Program-made: the position numbers and the translations under genes
The notes under the pieces: model-generated
Told to the model about the DNA's origin: nothing
The model's input: the letters and a program-made list of their open reading frames with translations, nothing else
Databases searched by the model: none
Shown: positions 12,070-25,900 of the stretch, one piece after another
How positions within the stretch are numbered: position 1 is the first letter of the stretch
Layout: each line of letters starts with the position of its first letter
Assembly (NCBI RefSeq): GCF_902652985.1
Contig: NC_047023.1
Coordinates: 27,094,001 to 27,158,000, forward strand
DNA: 64,000 bases
Direction: 5' to 3'
DNA from: Pecten maximus
Lineage: Eukaryota

Positions 12070-14951
12070 CATACAAATGAGGCTAGGACCAACTTTTCAC
12101 TGTTAGAGGTACACTCATAGAACTACAGCCCCATATTTCCAGTACACTATTTAGTACATGTTTATTAAATTCAGTTTGCCACATTGTTTGTATTGCTAAA
12201 CGATAAAACACTCCAAGGTCAAACAAATCATTGAAAGAATAACTTGGAAATACTTATTTAATTTCATTGGCCCAGACATGCTTACGTTTCGTGGGGATGG
12301 TATGCCCAGAGTACAGTCCCAAGATACGGTATTTTCCAACATCTCATCCGGACGTACACACTTAAAACTATTGTAAACATTCTTTTATAGGAAATATTCG
12401 GCAAACTGATTATTCTTTGGACCATAAACGCTAAACGCTATTATCGTTTCTACTCTATCCCTGTACTCCAGGTAGAAGGGAAGTTATCAACTTATCTGAT
12501 TTTTTAACCCTTTGGGAAACACTAACCGTTATTAAAATGTTTTATGATTTGTACCATCCTACGCAATGTACCTAATCCAACAACATCGTGACTACAAAGC
12601 AAATCCTCCTGTGCAAATAAATCTGGTGAAACTGGCAAAATGTAATTTACTTATTTAAAAAATGTATATCATAGGATAAGCGTTACGCTTTTTTATATTG
12701 CTATCGAACAACATAATTAAATGTATATGTTTTGAACCAGATTTACATCAATAAAATAACACGTTTTGATGTATAAATGTGAGCAGAGAAATCTACATGT
12801 ACCATTCACGGAACTGCAACCTTGAACTGACTAGCTTTGCTTTTTAAAACAAATTACTTTAAATGATGTCGTCTTCGTTTTGAACAACGCCAATAATTAC
12901 TACATGCGGAATCCATAAATCTGTAATCGGGTTTACACCTTTAACTCTCCAACCGTTGCTTGGTGTTAGAATCGAGTCAGTTTTATGGGTCGGCCTTCGC
13001 TTTACAGTAGATGTAATTGTCAACCGGATAACGGCAGCACTGGAATTTTCTAATAGTTGATGTTCTTTCTAGATTGTCTTCAGGTTCCACTTGTTTTGTT
13101 TTCTTATATGATCTTGTGCAGCATCGCTTTCAGTCATGATCAGTGTCACTATTGTACAAAGTATGGTATAAACGACAATACAGAATCCCAAAATAATAAC
13201 GATATCTCAATTCTACTTCTAAATCCATAAAATAAAGCCAAAGTATGAACAAAAAATGTAGATTTGCATTAATAACATTGAAAAAGAACAAGGATAAAAC
13301 AACCATGTCTTCCGATAGAAAAAGCGTCGTCTGCTTCATGGAAAACTCCCGTCATACCAAAATAGGTCAAATCCGGGTTAACTTACATTTTCAATATTAG
13401 AACCCTTTTTCTGACAACGGAACCGCTAGGCATATCAACACGCATATACATGTCTGTAGTCAAGTCACACAAGGAAGTATGACGTTCCTAAATAACATGT
13501 CGAACATAAGACCTCCCCGTGGTCTTTCGCGAACTGCCTCACTCAAAACCTTGTGCTATTCATTCCACCGACATATGTCTCGGATAATATAACTAGTCCT
13601 TGAAAGGTTAATCAACTGACAATGCCAACACCATAGCTAAGGACAATATGTGTGTTACTATCTCTTCATAGAAAATTCACAATTTGGGTATTAAAAGCAT
13701 AATAAATACCAAACAGCTTTATTATGCTAGTAACGTTTTGAGTAAAGATCGAGGTAAGCTATTAAAAGATACTAAAAATAGATGTGGAAAGTCTGTAGTG
13801 TCCTTGATTTCAGGTTCTACAGGCTATATCTGATCAACATGGTAAATAACATCTTTCGATATATAAGATAGCGTATCGTTAATATACCAATAGATGAATT
13901 TGAAAGATTTGTTAAGGACTCAGTTACCTGTTATGATAAACTCTTCGATATAATCAGCTTCGTATGAAAACAAAACAAAAATCAAGTAGGCAAACAGAGG
14001 GACACACTCATGGATCAATAATTATGGTTACAAAACCTGGCAAAGATTATGTCGACTGAAAATCCATTCTCACTATTTATTTCTTTAAAAGAAAGCAGTT
14101 CTCGTCACAATTACTTCATTAATCTCGTATTGAGATATTGTAGTGTAAACATTGGAAAAATATTATTAAAACATTTTGAAAGAAGAAAGGTTTTAGAGGA
14201 GGGTGTTAATTATCAATCAAAAGATCTTTGAAGTTTTCTAAAACTACATTCCATCAATTACACTAATGTAGTAAAAAGAATCCAAGTAACACTACAACCC
14301 TGATAATATTCCACTACGAATGGTTCTAAGAAGTTTGGATACAGATTTAGCTTAGTACAAGAAGTAAGGAGTTAATGAATTGTATCCGATCTAACAGTGA
14401 ATCGAATACAGCATACTTCCGATTCGATAAAAATCTTATATATCATTATATATATATATTTCATATGATTTTGAACATCAGATTCAAAATATCTCGTACA
14501 TTCTTGAATACTGGTGTCATTACTATGAGCAAATGGATTGGAAAAAACAAAGATACCTTCAATAAGTGAAACATTTTCCCGGCAATATCGCCTTGCTAAA
14601 TGGAAAGGACTGCAAATCGAAAGCGAATAGAATGTGGCAGGACTTATGTTAAAGGAAGGGTAATTTTCACAAGACAGGAAGCTGATAATTTTGAGTAAAC
14701 ACTTGAGAAAAAAACAATACCGCTATTTACTACGTGGAATAAATAACGGACCTGTCTAGTCTTTCTGGGACATTAGTCTGATTAGAAATTAATTCATAAT
14801 ATTTTGGCGTCAGCTCTGCCTGTTCATGGGCGTGGTATATATCCACTAGCCTTTTAAATACGACTACTTAACAGTCTTTTTGTCTACGTGATAGTAAAGT
14901 ATGTTCACACAGTTGATAGTTTTATAGCATATTCACACTTAGTGGCTCTAA

Positions 14952-15560
14952 TGTATAACCACATATAATGGTTTTAACATCTACTCAGTTATATCCACAT
15001 ATAATGGTTTTAACATCTACTCAGTTATATCCACATATAATGGTTTTAACATCTACTCAGTTATATCCGAATAAAATGGTTTTAACATCTACTCAGTTAT
15101 ATCCGAATAAAATGGTTTTAACATCTACTCAGTTATATCCACATATAATGGTTTTAACATCTACTCAGTTATATCCGAATAAAATGGTTTTAACATCTAC
15201 TCAGTTATATCCGAATAAAATGGTTTTAACATCTACTCAGTTATATCCACATATAATGGTTTTAACATCTACTCAGTTATATCCACATATTATGGTTTTA
15301 ACATGTACTCAGTTATATCCGAATAAAATGGTTTTAACATCTACTCAGTTATATCCACATATAATGGTTTTAACATCTACTCAGTTATATCCACATATAA
15401 TGGTTTTAACATCTACTCAGTTATATCCACATATAATGGTTTTAACATCTACTCAGTTATATCCACATATAATGGTTTTAACATTTACTCACAGTTATAT
15501 CCACATATAATGGTTTTAACATTACTCACAATAATAACCACATCAAATGGTTTCAACATT
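14952..15560. repeat. Minisatellite, 33-bp unit, ~17 copies
   Basis: Unit ATGGTTTTAACATCTACTCAGTTATATCCACATATA-type, with a CCGAATAAA variant. Confidence 0.95.
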
Positions 15561-15809
15561 TAGTCATATTTATACCGTGTTATATCTACCGAACAGCAAG
15601 GATCGTTTTGTTATAGTCACAGTCAAGTGTCTTTTTCTCGCGTGACAATTAATGGTTTTACTCTTTAGTAACAAGTAATGGTTTCCTGTATAGTCACAAT
15701 CAATGATTCTTATCTCTAGTATATCAATGGTTTAAACGTATAGTCACACTCATTGTTCTGGAAGATTTTCTCGAACAGTTTCCCTCTTTGTCACCCTCCT
15801 TGGTTTTAC

Positions 15810-17830
15810 TGTATAGTCACGATCAATGGTTCTAATATCTAGTCACGATCAATGGTTTTATTATATCGTCAATGTCAATGATTCTAGCCTCTAGTCACAA
15901 TCAATGGTTTTATTATATCGTCAATATTAATGATTCTAGCCTCTAGTCACAATCAATGGTTTTATTATATCGTCAATATTAATGATTCTACCCTCTAGTC
16001 ACAATCAATGGTTTTATTATATCGTCAATATCAATGATTCTAGCCTCTAGTCACAATCCATGGTTTTATTATATCGTCAATATCAATTATTCTAGCCTCT
16101 AGTCACAATCAATGGTTTTATTATATCGTCAATATCAATGATTCTAGCCTCTAGTCACAATCAATGGTTTTATTATATCGTCAATATCAATGATTCTAGC
16201 CTCTAGTCACAATCAATGGTTTTATTATATCGTCAATATCAATGATTCTACCCTTTAGACACAATCAATGGTTTTATTATATCGTCAATATCAATGATTC
16301 TAGCCTCTAGTCACAATCAATGGTTTTATTATATCGTCAATATCAATGATTCTAGCCTCTAGTCACAATCAATGGTTTTATTATATCGTCAATATCAATG
16401 ATTCTACCCTTTAGACACAATCAATGGTTTTATTATATCGTCAATATCAATGATTCTAGCCTCTAGTCACAATCAATGGTTTTATTATATCGTCAATAAC
16501 AATGATTCTACCCTCTAGACACAATCAATGGTTTTATTATATCGTCAATATCAATGATTCTAGCCTCTAGTCACAATCAATGGTTTTATTATATCGTCAA
16601 TATCAATGATTCTACCCTTTAGACACAATCAATGGTTTTATTATATCGTCAATATCAATGATTCTACCCTCTAGTCAAAATCAATGATTTTATTATATCG
16701 TCAATATCAATGATACTACCCTCTAGACACAATCAATGGTTTTATTATATCGTCAATATCAATGATTCTACCCTCTAGTCACAATCAATGATTTTATTAT
16801 ATCGTCAATAACAATGATTCTACCCTCTAGACACAATCAATGGTTTTATTATATCGTCAATATCAGTGATTCTACCCTCTAGACACAATCAATGGTTTTA
16901 TTATATCGTCAATATCAATGATTCTACCCTCTAGACACAATCAATGGTTTTATTATATCGTCAATATCAGTGATTCTACCCTCTAGACACAATCAATGGT
17001 TTTATTATATCGTCAATATCAGTGATTCTACCCTCTAGACACAATCAATGGTTTTACTGTATCGTCAATATCAATGATTCTAGCCTCTAGAAACAATCAA
17101 TGGTTTTATTATATCGTCAATATCAGTGATTCTACCCTCTAGTCACAATCAATGGTTTTACTGTATCGTCAATAACAATGATTCTACCCTCTAGACACAA
17201 TCAATGGTTTTATTGTATCGTCAATATCAATGATTCTACCCTCTAGTCACAATCAATGGTTTTACTGTATCGTCAATATCAATGATTCTACCCTCTAGTC
17301 ACAATCAATGGTTTTATTATATCGTCAATAACAATGATTCTACCCTCTAGTCACAATCAATGGTTTTACTGTATCGTCAATAACAATGATTCTACCCTCT
17401 AGTCACAATCAATGGTTTTACTGTATCGTCAATATCAATGATTCTACCCTCTAGTCACAATCAATGGTTTTATTATATCGTCAATAACAATTATTCTACC
17501 CTCTAGACACAATCAATGGTTTTATTATATCGTCAATATCAATGATTCTAGCCTCTAGTCACAATCAATGATTTTATTATATCGTCAATATCAATGATTT
17601 TAGCCTCTAGTCACAATCAATGGTTTTACTGTATCGTCAATAACAATGATTCTACCCTCTAGTCACAATCAATGGTTTTATTATATCGTCAATATCAATT
17701 ATTCTACCCTCTAGTCACAATCAATGGTTTTATTATATCGTCAATAACAATGATTCTAGCCTCTAGTCACAATCAATGGTTTTATTATATCGTCAATATC
17801 AATTATTCTACCCTCTAGTCACAATCAGGG
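15810..17830. repeat. Satellite, 52-bp unit (heterodimer of two 26-bp subunits), ~38 copies
   Basis: Unit TCTAGTCACAATCAATGGTTTTATTA + TATCGTCAATATCAATGATTCTAGCC. Confidence 0.95.
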
Positions 17831-18062
17831 ATTTTACTGTTTAGTCACAATCAATTGTTTTACTGTATATTCAAAAGTATTGGATTTACACAATAATGTC
17901 ACAATTAGTGGTTCTACTATATTGTCACAATTAATGGTTTTATTGTAAAGTTAAAATAAACAGATTTCCCCTGTAGTCACTAGAAAAGGTTTTACTCTTT
18001 ATTAACGCTCAACCGCTGTACTCTATAGCAGTTACACATAGTTTTACTGTTTTGTGGTCATA

Positions 18063-19655
18063 ATGAATGGTTTTACTGAATCGTCACAATTAATGGTTCT
18101 ACTGAATCGTCACAATTAATGGTTCTACTGAATCGTCACAATCAATGGTTCTACCGAATCGTCACAATCAATGGTTCTACTGAATCGTCACAATCAATGG
18201 TTCTACTGAATCGTCACAATCAATGGTTCTACTGAATCGTCACAATCAATGGTTTTACTGAATCGTCACAATTAATATTTTTACTCTATAGTCACAATCA
18301 ATGGTTTTACTGAATCGTCACAATCAATGGTTTTACTGAATCGTCACAATCAATGGTTTTACTGAATCGTCACAATTAATGGTTTTACTCTATAGTCACA
18401 ATCAATGTTTTTACTCTATAGTCACAATTAATGGTTCTACTGAATCGTCACAATTAATGGTTTTACTGAATCGTCACAATCAATGGTTCTACTGAATCGT
18501 CACAATCAATGGTTTTACTGAATCGTCACAATCAATGGTTTTACTGAATCGTCACAATCAATGGTTCTACTGAATCGTCACAATCAATGGTTTTCCTGAA
18601 TCGTCAAAATCAATGGTTCTACTGAATCGTCACAATCAAAGGTTTAACTGAATCGTCACAATTAATGGTTTTACTGAATCGTCACAATCAATGGTTCTAC
18701 TGAATCGTCACAATCAATGGTTCTACCGAATCGTCACAATCAATGTTTTTACTCTATAGTCACAATTAATGGTTCTACTGAATCGTCACAATCAATTGTT
18801 TTACTGAATCGTCACAATCAATGGTTTTACTGAATCGTCACAATTAATATTTTTACTCTATAGTCACAATCAATGGTTTTACTGAATCGTCACAATCAAT
18901 GGTTTTACTGAATCGTCACAATCAATGGTTTTACTGAATCGTCACAATTAATGGTTTTACTCTATAGTCACAATCAATGTTTTTACTCTATAGTCACAAT
19001 TAATGGTTTTACTGAATCGTCACAATCAATGGTTCTACTGAATCGTCACAATCAATGGTTCTACCGAATCGTCACAATCAATGGTTTTACCGAATCGTCA
19101 CAATCAATGGTTTTACTGAATCGTCACAATCAATGGTTTTACTGAATCGTCACAATTAATGGTTCTACTGAATCGTCACAATCAATGGTTCTACTGAATC
19201 GTCACAATCAATGGTTTTACTGAATCGTCACAATCAATGGTTCTACTGAATCGTCACAATCAATGGTTCTACTGAATCGTCACAATCAATGGTTCTACTG
19301 AATCGTCACAATCAATGGTTCTACTGAATCGTCACAATTAATGGTTTTACTGAATCGTCACAATCAATGGTTCTACTGAATCGTCACAATCAATGGTTCT
19401 ACTGTATAGTCACAATTAATGGTTCTACTGAATCGTCACAATCAATGGTTCTACTGAATCGTCACAATCAATGGTTCTACCGAATCGTCACAATCAATGG
19501 TTTTACCGAATCGTCACAATCAATGGTTTTACTGAATCGTCACAATCAATGGTTTTACTGAATCGTCACAATTAATGGTTCTACTGAATCGTCACAATCA
19601 ATGGTTTTACTGAATCGTCACAATTAATGGTTTTACTGTTAAGTCACAATCAATA
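18063..19655. repeat. Satellite, 26-bp unit, ~60 copies
   Basis: Unit TCGTCACAATCAATGGTT(T/C)TACTGAA; degenerate copies flank it at 17830-18060 and 19655-19810. Confidence 0.95.
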
Positions 19656-20825
19656 ATTTTACTATAGAGCTATAATTAACAGATGTCCTCTATATTAACA
19701 ATGAATCGCTTTACTCTGTATCTGTAACAAACAGTTCCTCTGTTTTTACAATTAATTCTTCTACTATATAGTCACAATTAATGTTTGTACTGTATATAGT
19801 CACAATATGTTTTTGTAGCATGAACCATGACTAAATATATCGTATTCTGATTTTACAAAATATAAATGTAATATGTGAACTCCTACTGGGCTGTTATCCG
19901 CCTAATTACGTTCCGCTGTAGGAGGAGTACAGACTAACACCATTCCGTTAGTGTTCAAGATAAGCTTTGTACATCGACATGGTAAAACATTCAGCATGCT
20001 TCTTTCGTTTCCGATAACCGACCCATCAGCCAATACAGATTGTCCGCATATTGAGTAGTGAATTCTCAGATTATAGGATCTATGTATGGATTACTGTAGC
20101 TACACAGAATTATGTCTATAGATAAGGAGGGAGTTGGCCGATTTGGATTTGGGAAGTTCTGCTGACACAAAATAGCTCCCAGTCTGTCCTATCTTTTATA
20201 TGGACTACGCTGTCAATATTTAACCGAAGGAATTATGGCAGCGATAAGGAACACCAATCGTAGCTTAGACTTGATATACATTAAAACTCTGATCTCGTGG
20301 CGTAGTATCTGTTTTACTGTGTAATACAAATTGACACAGGGATACATTATCACCTACAAACGACCGACTTGAAAACATTGATTTGACAGAAATTTAAAAT
20401 CTAATTATGCTTATTAGTGTCATTTAAATGTTTTCTGTTTCAATCAATTATAAATCCAAAGTTTAGAAATGTATCCGATGTAGCAGGTTTAAATGTCATT
20501 GCAGGAATTTCCATGAAAACGTTATTTTAAAGCATTCGCAAACTGTACGCATCCTCATAAAGGTTTGGATTGCTGTTGAAGTCGAGAAAATGGCTTAAAA
20601 TACGAAAGAAAGAATAAGATATGGTACAATGATAAAAATGAAATATGTGTTTGGAATTACGAGGAAGTTTATATCAGAGCGTAAATATAAATCAATAGTT
20701 GTTTGATCATGGCCATATTAACTCACAAAAAATTCTGGGGAAGTAATGTCACTATGTGTACTTTATGTTTATATAATTCATTGGAGTGCGTATTGTGACG
20801 AATTGGAGTCACAAAGCGATATTCA

Positions 20826-21097
20826 TTTGTTTGTTTTAGGGGTTCAACGTCCTCACAACAACCAGGATGAGCCCTTGAGCATAAAACATTTTCTTACCTT
20901 TTAGTAGCCTTCTATGATTCAACATGCAGCTGTATACAGCTGACCCTGTCTTGGGTTCTCCAATGTTCCATGAACAGAAGAGAAAAGGAAAAACACCCCC
21001 GACCCCCTAGGAGAGAGGGGAGGGATGAATAAGCAGTCACCTCTTACAACATGCAGCGAAATAGAGCAGGCATATTCTTTACCGCTCTAGCACGGGT
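20826..21097 (-). mobile_element. Short non-autonomous retroelement (SINE-like)
   Basis: Minus strand has a GCATGTTGTAAGAGGTGACT head motif (a second copy at ~20901-20930) and a 3' tail AGGACGTTGAACCCCTAAAACAAACAAA resembling the tails of other SINEs in the window. Confidence 0.5.
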
Positions 21098-22789
21098 CAT
21101 AACGATACCTTTTCACGTATAAGTAGATGTATTGGAATGGAATACTCAAAGACTATTACTTTGTTTATGGAGTAGAGGAGTGTGTGTATTTGTAAGGTTC
21201 ATAATACAAAATTTAGTCCTTCAATTATGCCGAGTCATGAATAAGATAATCATTTACATTCTATAGTGATCGGGTCTTTGGGGTAGCAGAATATTTGTGT
21301 GGTAAATCAAATTGTGTGTCTTAATTCATACACACTTACATCATTTATATATTTATAGTCATGTGTTACATCACCTAACACGGATACAATCACTACATTG
21401 ATACATTATTGGAAGTACCCAATTATATAACATCTTTGGATAACAAATCATTGGGTACTATAATAGGTTCTTCTATCTGCCCCGATGCATACAGGATTAC
21501 GCTTCTTTCATCGTCCCCTTCCAAAGGGACATATCTCATACACTTTGCTTACCTTGCCAATTGTGAAACCTTGTGTATAATTTATCATGCAAATACACCT
21601 GGTTCATTTCTTACCGCACGTATAGCATGTTAATAGCAAAGGTCATTGGTGTCCTTCCGTAATGTTGATAACATTTTGAGTTGCTATAACGTTATGTAAT
21701 TAATTCAATACCTTTCGTGATTTTCGATTTACTGATACGCAGTTCATGACCAGCAATGTTGATTTTAAGATTATCCATGAGATATGTTGCAAGTTACAAA
21801 TGTAAAGTACTTCCCATCTTAAAGATTCTTGTTTTTGGTATAAAATCCAGATATGTTTCCACCTTGGGTTTTTTAAAAACTTATCGATGCTAAGCCTTAT
21901 AAGACAGTATTTATTGCCTGGTCGTAATGTGTTTTTTATCAATAAACCAGGCATGACAGAAATATATCTGAATGGATAATCTCAGTGATATATCTAAATT
22001 TACACAAACCAACCCTTGTAACATACTGCCATTATATTTGAATAAAATATATTCTACCAATCTCGCTTGTTGTTTGTGTACCACAGTACATTACTAAATA
22101 CTCATTACATTCCAAACGGTTTGACTGAATACAGCTCTTGTATCGATTTCGGTTGCAGTATCGTTAGAGTAAGGTGCGAGATTCGCTAATTAAAACGACG
22201 TAGAAAAAGTAATTTCTTTCAATTAAGTGTATTCATTGGTGCATACTACAACTTGTATCTGCTTTCACATTGGTTTTCTGAAATGTCATTAGGAACAGAA
22301 CGCCTTAAGGATAACACTGCCAGTACAAATACAGAAGACATCTCAAAGACGACAACCATAATTGGATTTTACGCTTCGTCCTATCGGTTAATATTTCCAT
22401 TATAATTCATGTGAAATGAACCGTTCAGAATAAAATAAAATCATGTTGAAGTCAATTAGTACGCTAATATGAAAATGTACTGATAACGCTTACATTGTGC
22501 TGTATAAGTCTGTTAAAACTATCGTGAAGGAGAATTCCGACGGGTGTCTGTCATACAGAAGAGTGATAATTACGTTCCGTTGAATAAATAAATCATTTTA
22601 AATTTTATGGACGTCCATCGAATCCATCCGGTTTCGTGATTTGATAACATAGGACCCTTCTTCATTCCGAATGTACAGCTTTCTCAATATTTGACCGCAT
22701 TTATCAACCTAACCTCTGTCACACCCGTCTATATGCTTTCAGAACGGCAACGGATCACTTTCGTCTGTAACAGAAAACAACCGTGCTAT

Positions 22790-22996
22790 ATAACCCGAGA
22801 AACTGTCGTCTGCATATTGATGACGTGTTCAGTAACAAGCTCCGCCCACCTCTCGCTTTGCTTGACATGTGACGGTGTTTCCGGTAATAAGTTCTGCCCA
22901 TCTCGCCTGAATGGCTCACCCGAAAAATCCGATGCAGGTGTGTTTTAGTTCAGAAGAGGTAACGGACTAACACACATGACTAACACACAGGTAAGC
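22790..22996 (+). promoter_or_regulatory. Candidate Pol II promoter and non-coding first exon
   Basis: Locally CpG-richer patch with a CRE half-site TGACGT (22821), GC box CCGCCC (22842) and ETS-like TTTCCGGT (22878), followed by a strong donor CAG|GTAAGC at 22990/22991. Confidence 0.4.
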
Positions 22997-25900
22997 GAAG
23001 TCAAGGATATAATCGATTTATCCAGTTACTTTTACTAGGGTAAATAATGTCAAAGGTACACTAATCCGATAAATACGTGTACAATAAAATATACCCAATA
23101 TTTGTTTGATTTGTACTTAAACGTTAAACCCATCCAATGCGTGCGTCATACGTCTTGAACGAATTTCGTAGAAAATTCCCATAGCTAAGTTCAACTTAAC
23201 TTATGAATAATGATACCACACTACGCAGGATCATGCGATATGGCGTAAAAGGTAGTGAAATTCATTGAAATTGCAAATCAAACAAACAAAAATGAGACTT
23301 TAGATATGGTAGTAGCAAGGACACATAAATGGTAGTATCCAACAATCTTATGTAATGACAGATCCAATCAGAATTTTATATCCCTGGGGTCTTACTATAG
23401 TTTTTTTATACAGAGAAATCAATGTTTTGAGCATGACTTGCCCTTGGAAATAATAAGAACTTAGCTAGAATCATCAGTATGGCCTGGTGATTTGATGATA
23501 TGCACCGCACCCATAGGCCCTGACTGTCCACCAGAAGTTAATGGGTGGGGTCCGTATGTGTCACATTGACTGAACGTTCATTTATCTTCTTCAAGAGACC
23601 AGGATGTGGTAGTATTAAATACCCGTCACGCATGGAAGGGTCTTAAGTTGTTTTACCTATATTGTGAATTTCCTTAATCTGGATTTTTACGTTTCCCCCT
23701 TGGGTTTATCAAAGTTGGTACAAGGAAATCAAATTTTGAGGCATCATCTTCTAAATACCAAGATTGATTGGGAATAAAAAAAAAATATTGTTAAATGGGT
23801 CTAAATAAAATGGATTTTTGTTTAATTATAGTTAACTTCAGATGCGCTTACATGTCCACCATTCCTTATTCTGACCCAAAGTTACTTAAACAATAAACCA
23901 TACTTTATAATCTTAAATCTGCAAGTTAGATATTGGATAAGATAGTTTTATCTTTTGGTTTTGATTTATTTTTTTTTTTTTTTTTTTTTGCTCTTTGAAT
24001 TGCATCTTTTATTGACAAAAACGTGCTTCCAGTAACACTGTTTTGTCAGTCCGTTTTCGGGAATCGTACTTACAATGTATCTGTATAGATATATCAGACC
24101 TCGGGTGACTGTTTAAGCCCATGAACCTTTGTATTATCTATGACTTACCGGGAATACATGAAATATACATATACTTATGTATCTTTGTCCTGAAGCAGTT
24201 GTACACTTTACACAGTAAAAAGGTTATGATCCAAAAAAGCGTCATTGGGAAGCAAAGCAAACAATCACATAAGGCAAAGAATTTTGACTAACTTGTCAAC
24301 ACTGTATAAGAGTCCTATTTTCTCAATGTGTTTTCTGGAAGATTTATTTGTCATATTACAATAAGATGTATTTGCCCTTTTGCAGAGAACCCTTACTGAA
24401 CAATTAGGGTATTCGTGTGTTTTCAGCAATTTCAAAATAACATGCTTTCCTGGGGACGCAGAATGTAGCCATACATCTATTTTGTAGATTTAGTATTACG
24501 ATATACCAAAGCAAATTCCAGCGATTATTCCCTTTATTGCTCATATCAACAAATAATGATCTTCATGGTTCTTTTATTGTCTGAAGAAGTCTAGCTCACT
24601 AAGCAGTGCATAAGGCAGTGATCATCGCCAAACGCATCCACCAACCTAAAGGGGGAAAAGTTTGAACTATCGGGGATAATGTTATTTTTTGTCTGACTCG
24701 GTAAACAAATTAGAAAGATATATTTGGTATTAGAATGTTCATTAAGCCAAACTTATTGTTATGCATTATTATGTTTACCTAAATCAATCGTTTGAACCAT
24801 TATTTGGAGATATAAAACAAGTGCACATAGGGTAAGCATTTAAAATGTAAACTGCAAAATCCTAATACAGCACACAAAAAAAGAAAATTATACAAAAAAA
24901 ATGTATTATGATACTACAATACTACATGCCAACATCAGCAAAACTCACTTGGGTAAGTAGTAGAAAAGGAACCCACAAACGACATTTGAACAGGCAAGAC
25001 AATTATCAGAACAAATGATCGAACCTTGCAGCAAGCATTCAACATGGGCAGATGACAAGAAGGAATGGACTAGGTATAAAATAATCAGAAAAAGAAAATA
25101 ACACCACAGGAACCGAGTAGTACAACCAGAACTGTTCGGACAAAAATTAAATTGTTGAAGTCACACACAATTAAAAATGACAAGCAAATGTATTAAGAGT
25201 TTACAAGCCTAACGAAAACACTTGCCGAGCTTTGTATCTTAATGACGACAATTTGACGGGAGGTGCACGACATATTTATAAAATATCAAATCATATGCAA
25301 TTTAGATTATCAATACACGTGATAAATGTAGATTGAAATTGTGCATTTGGCAATTGTTTTAAAATAGATAAAATTTATAATTTTACACAAAAGTCATTTA
25401 ATCATATACTTCTTTTGTAGCGAACAGCATTGAATGTGTTCTGACCAGAATCAAACCAAATTCCGTTGGATATTGTACTGCCAATTTTTGTCTGCATGAG
25501 AAAGACGTCCCTTAGGAAACTTTTATGCAAATATCACATTGTCTTAAATACTTTCACCATGATATCAAATTTCACACAAATGGGATCGTCGCCATTTTCA
25601 TTTAAAACCTTTGATATGACTGGTTTGGTTTGGTATTGCCAGTTCTGCACCTTACCAGAAAAAAAAGCAAATAGATAGTCAGAAACCGTCCATGTGTCAC
25701 CAAATCATGACACTTAAATTCAACCAAAACTGCAGTATCAAGTACCTTGAACGTTACCCGCATTACGACATTGGTTAAAGTGGTAATCAAGTAATTTGGT
25801 CAGAATGTAAAAATACCGTACGCTTCGTGTGGAGTCAGTGCTCTGCAATTTATAATAATAGTCAGAACATTGGACGCCAGCACGAGTTCACGGAAACCAA

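Noticed and set aside
14968-15510. 180-aa ORF of 11-aa repeats (MVLTSTQLYPH)
   Set aside because: By-product of a stop-free 33-bp minisatellite; there is no unique coding flank or splice context.
18951-19561. Short ORFs within the 26-bp satellite (and 483-668 in array A)
   Set aside because: They are translations of tandem repeats.
21409-21954. Short ORFs in a coding-looking patch
   Set aside because: All frames are interrupted by stops and no family motif is recognisable.
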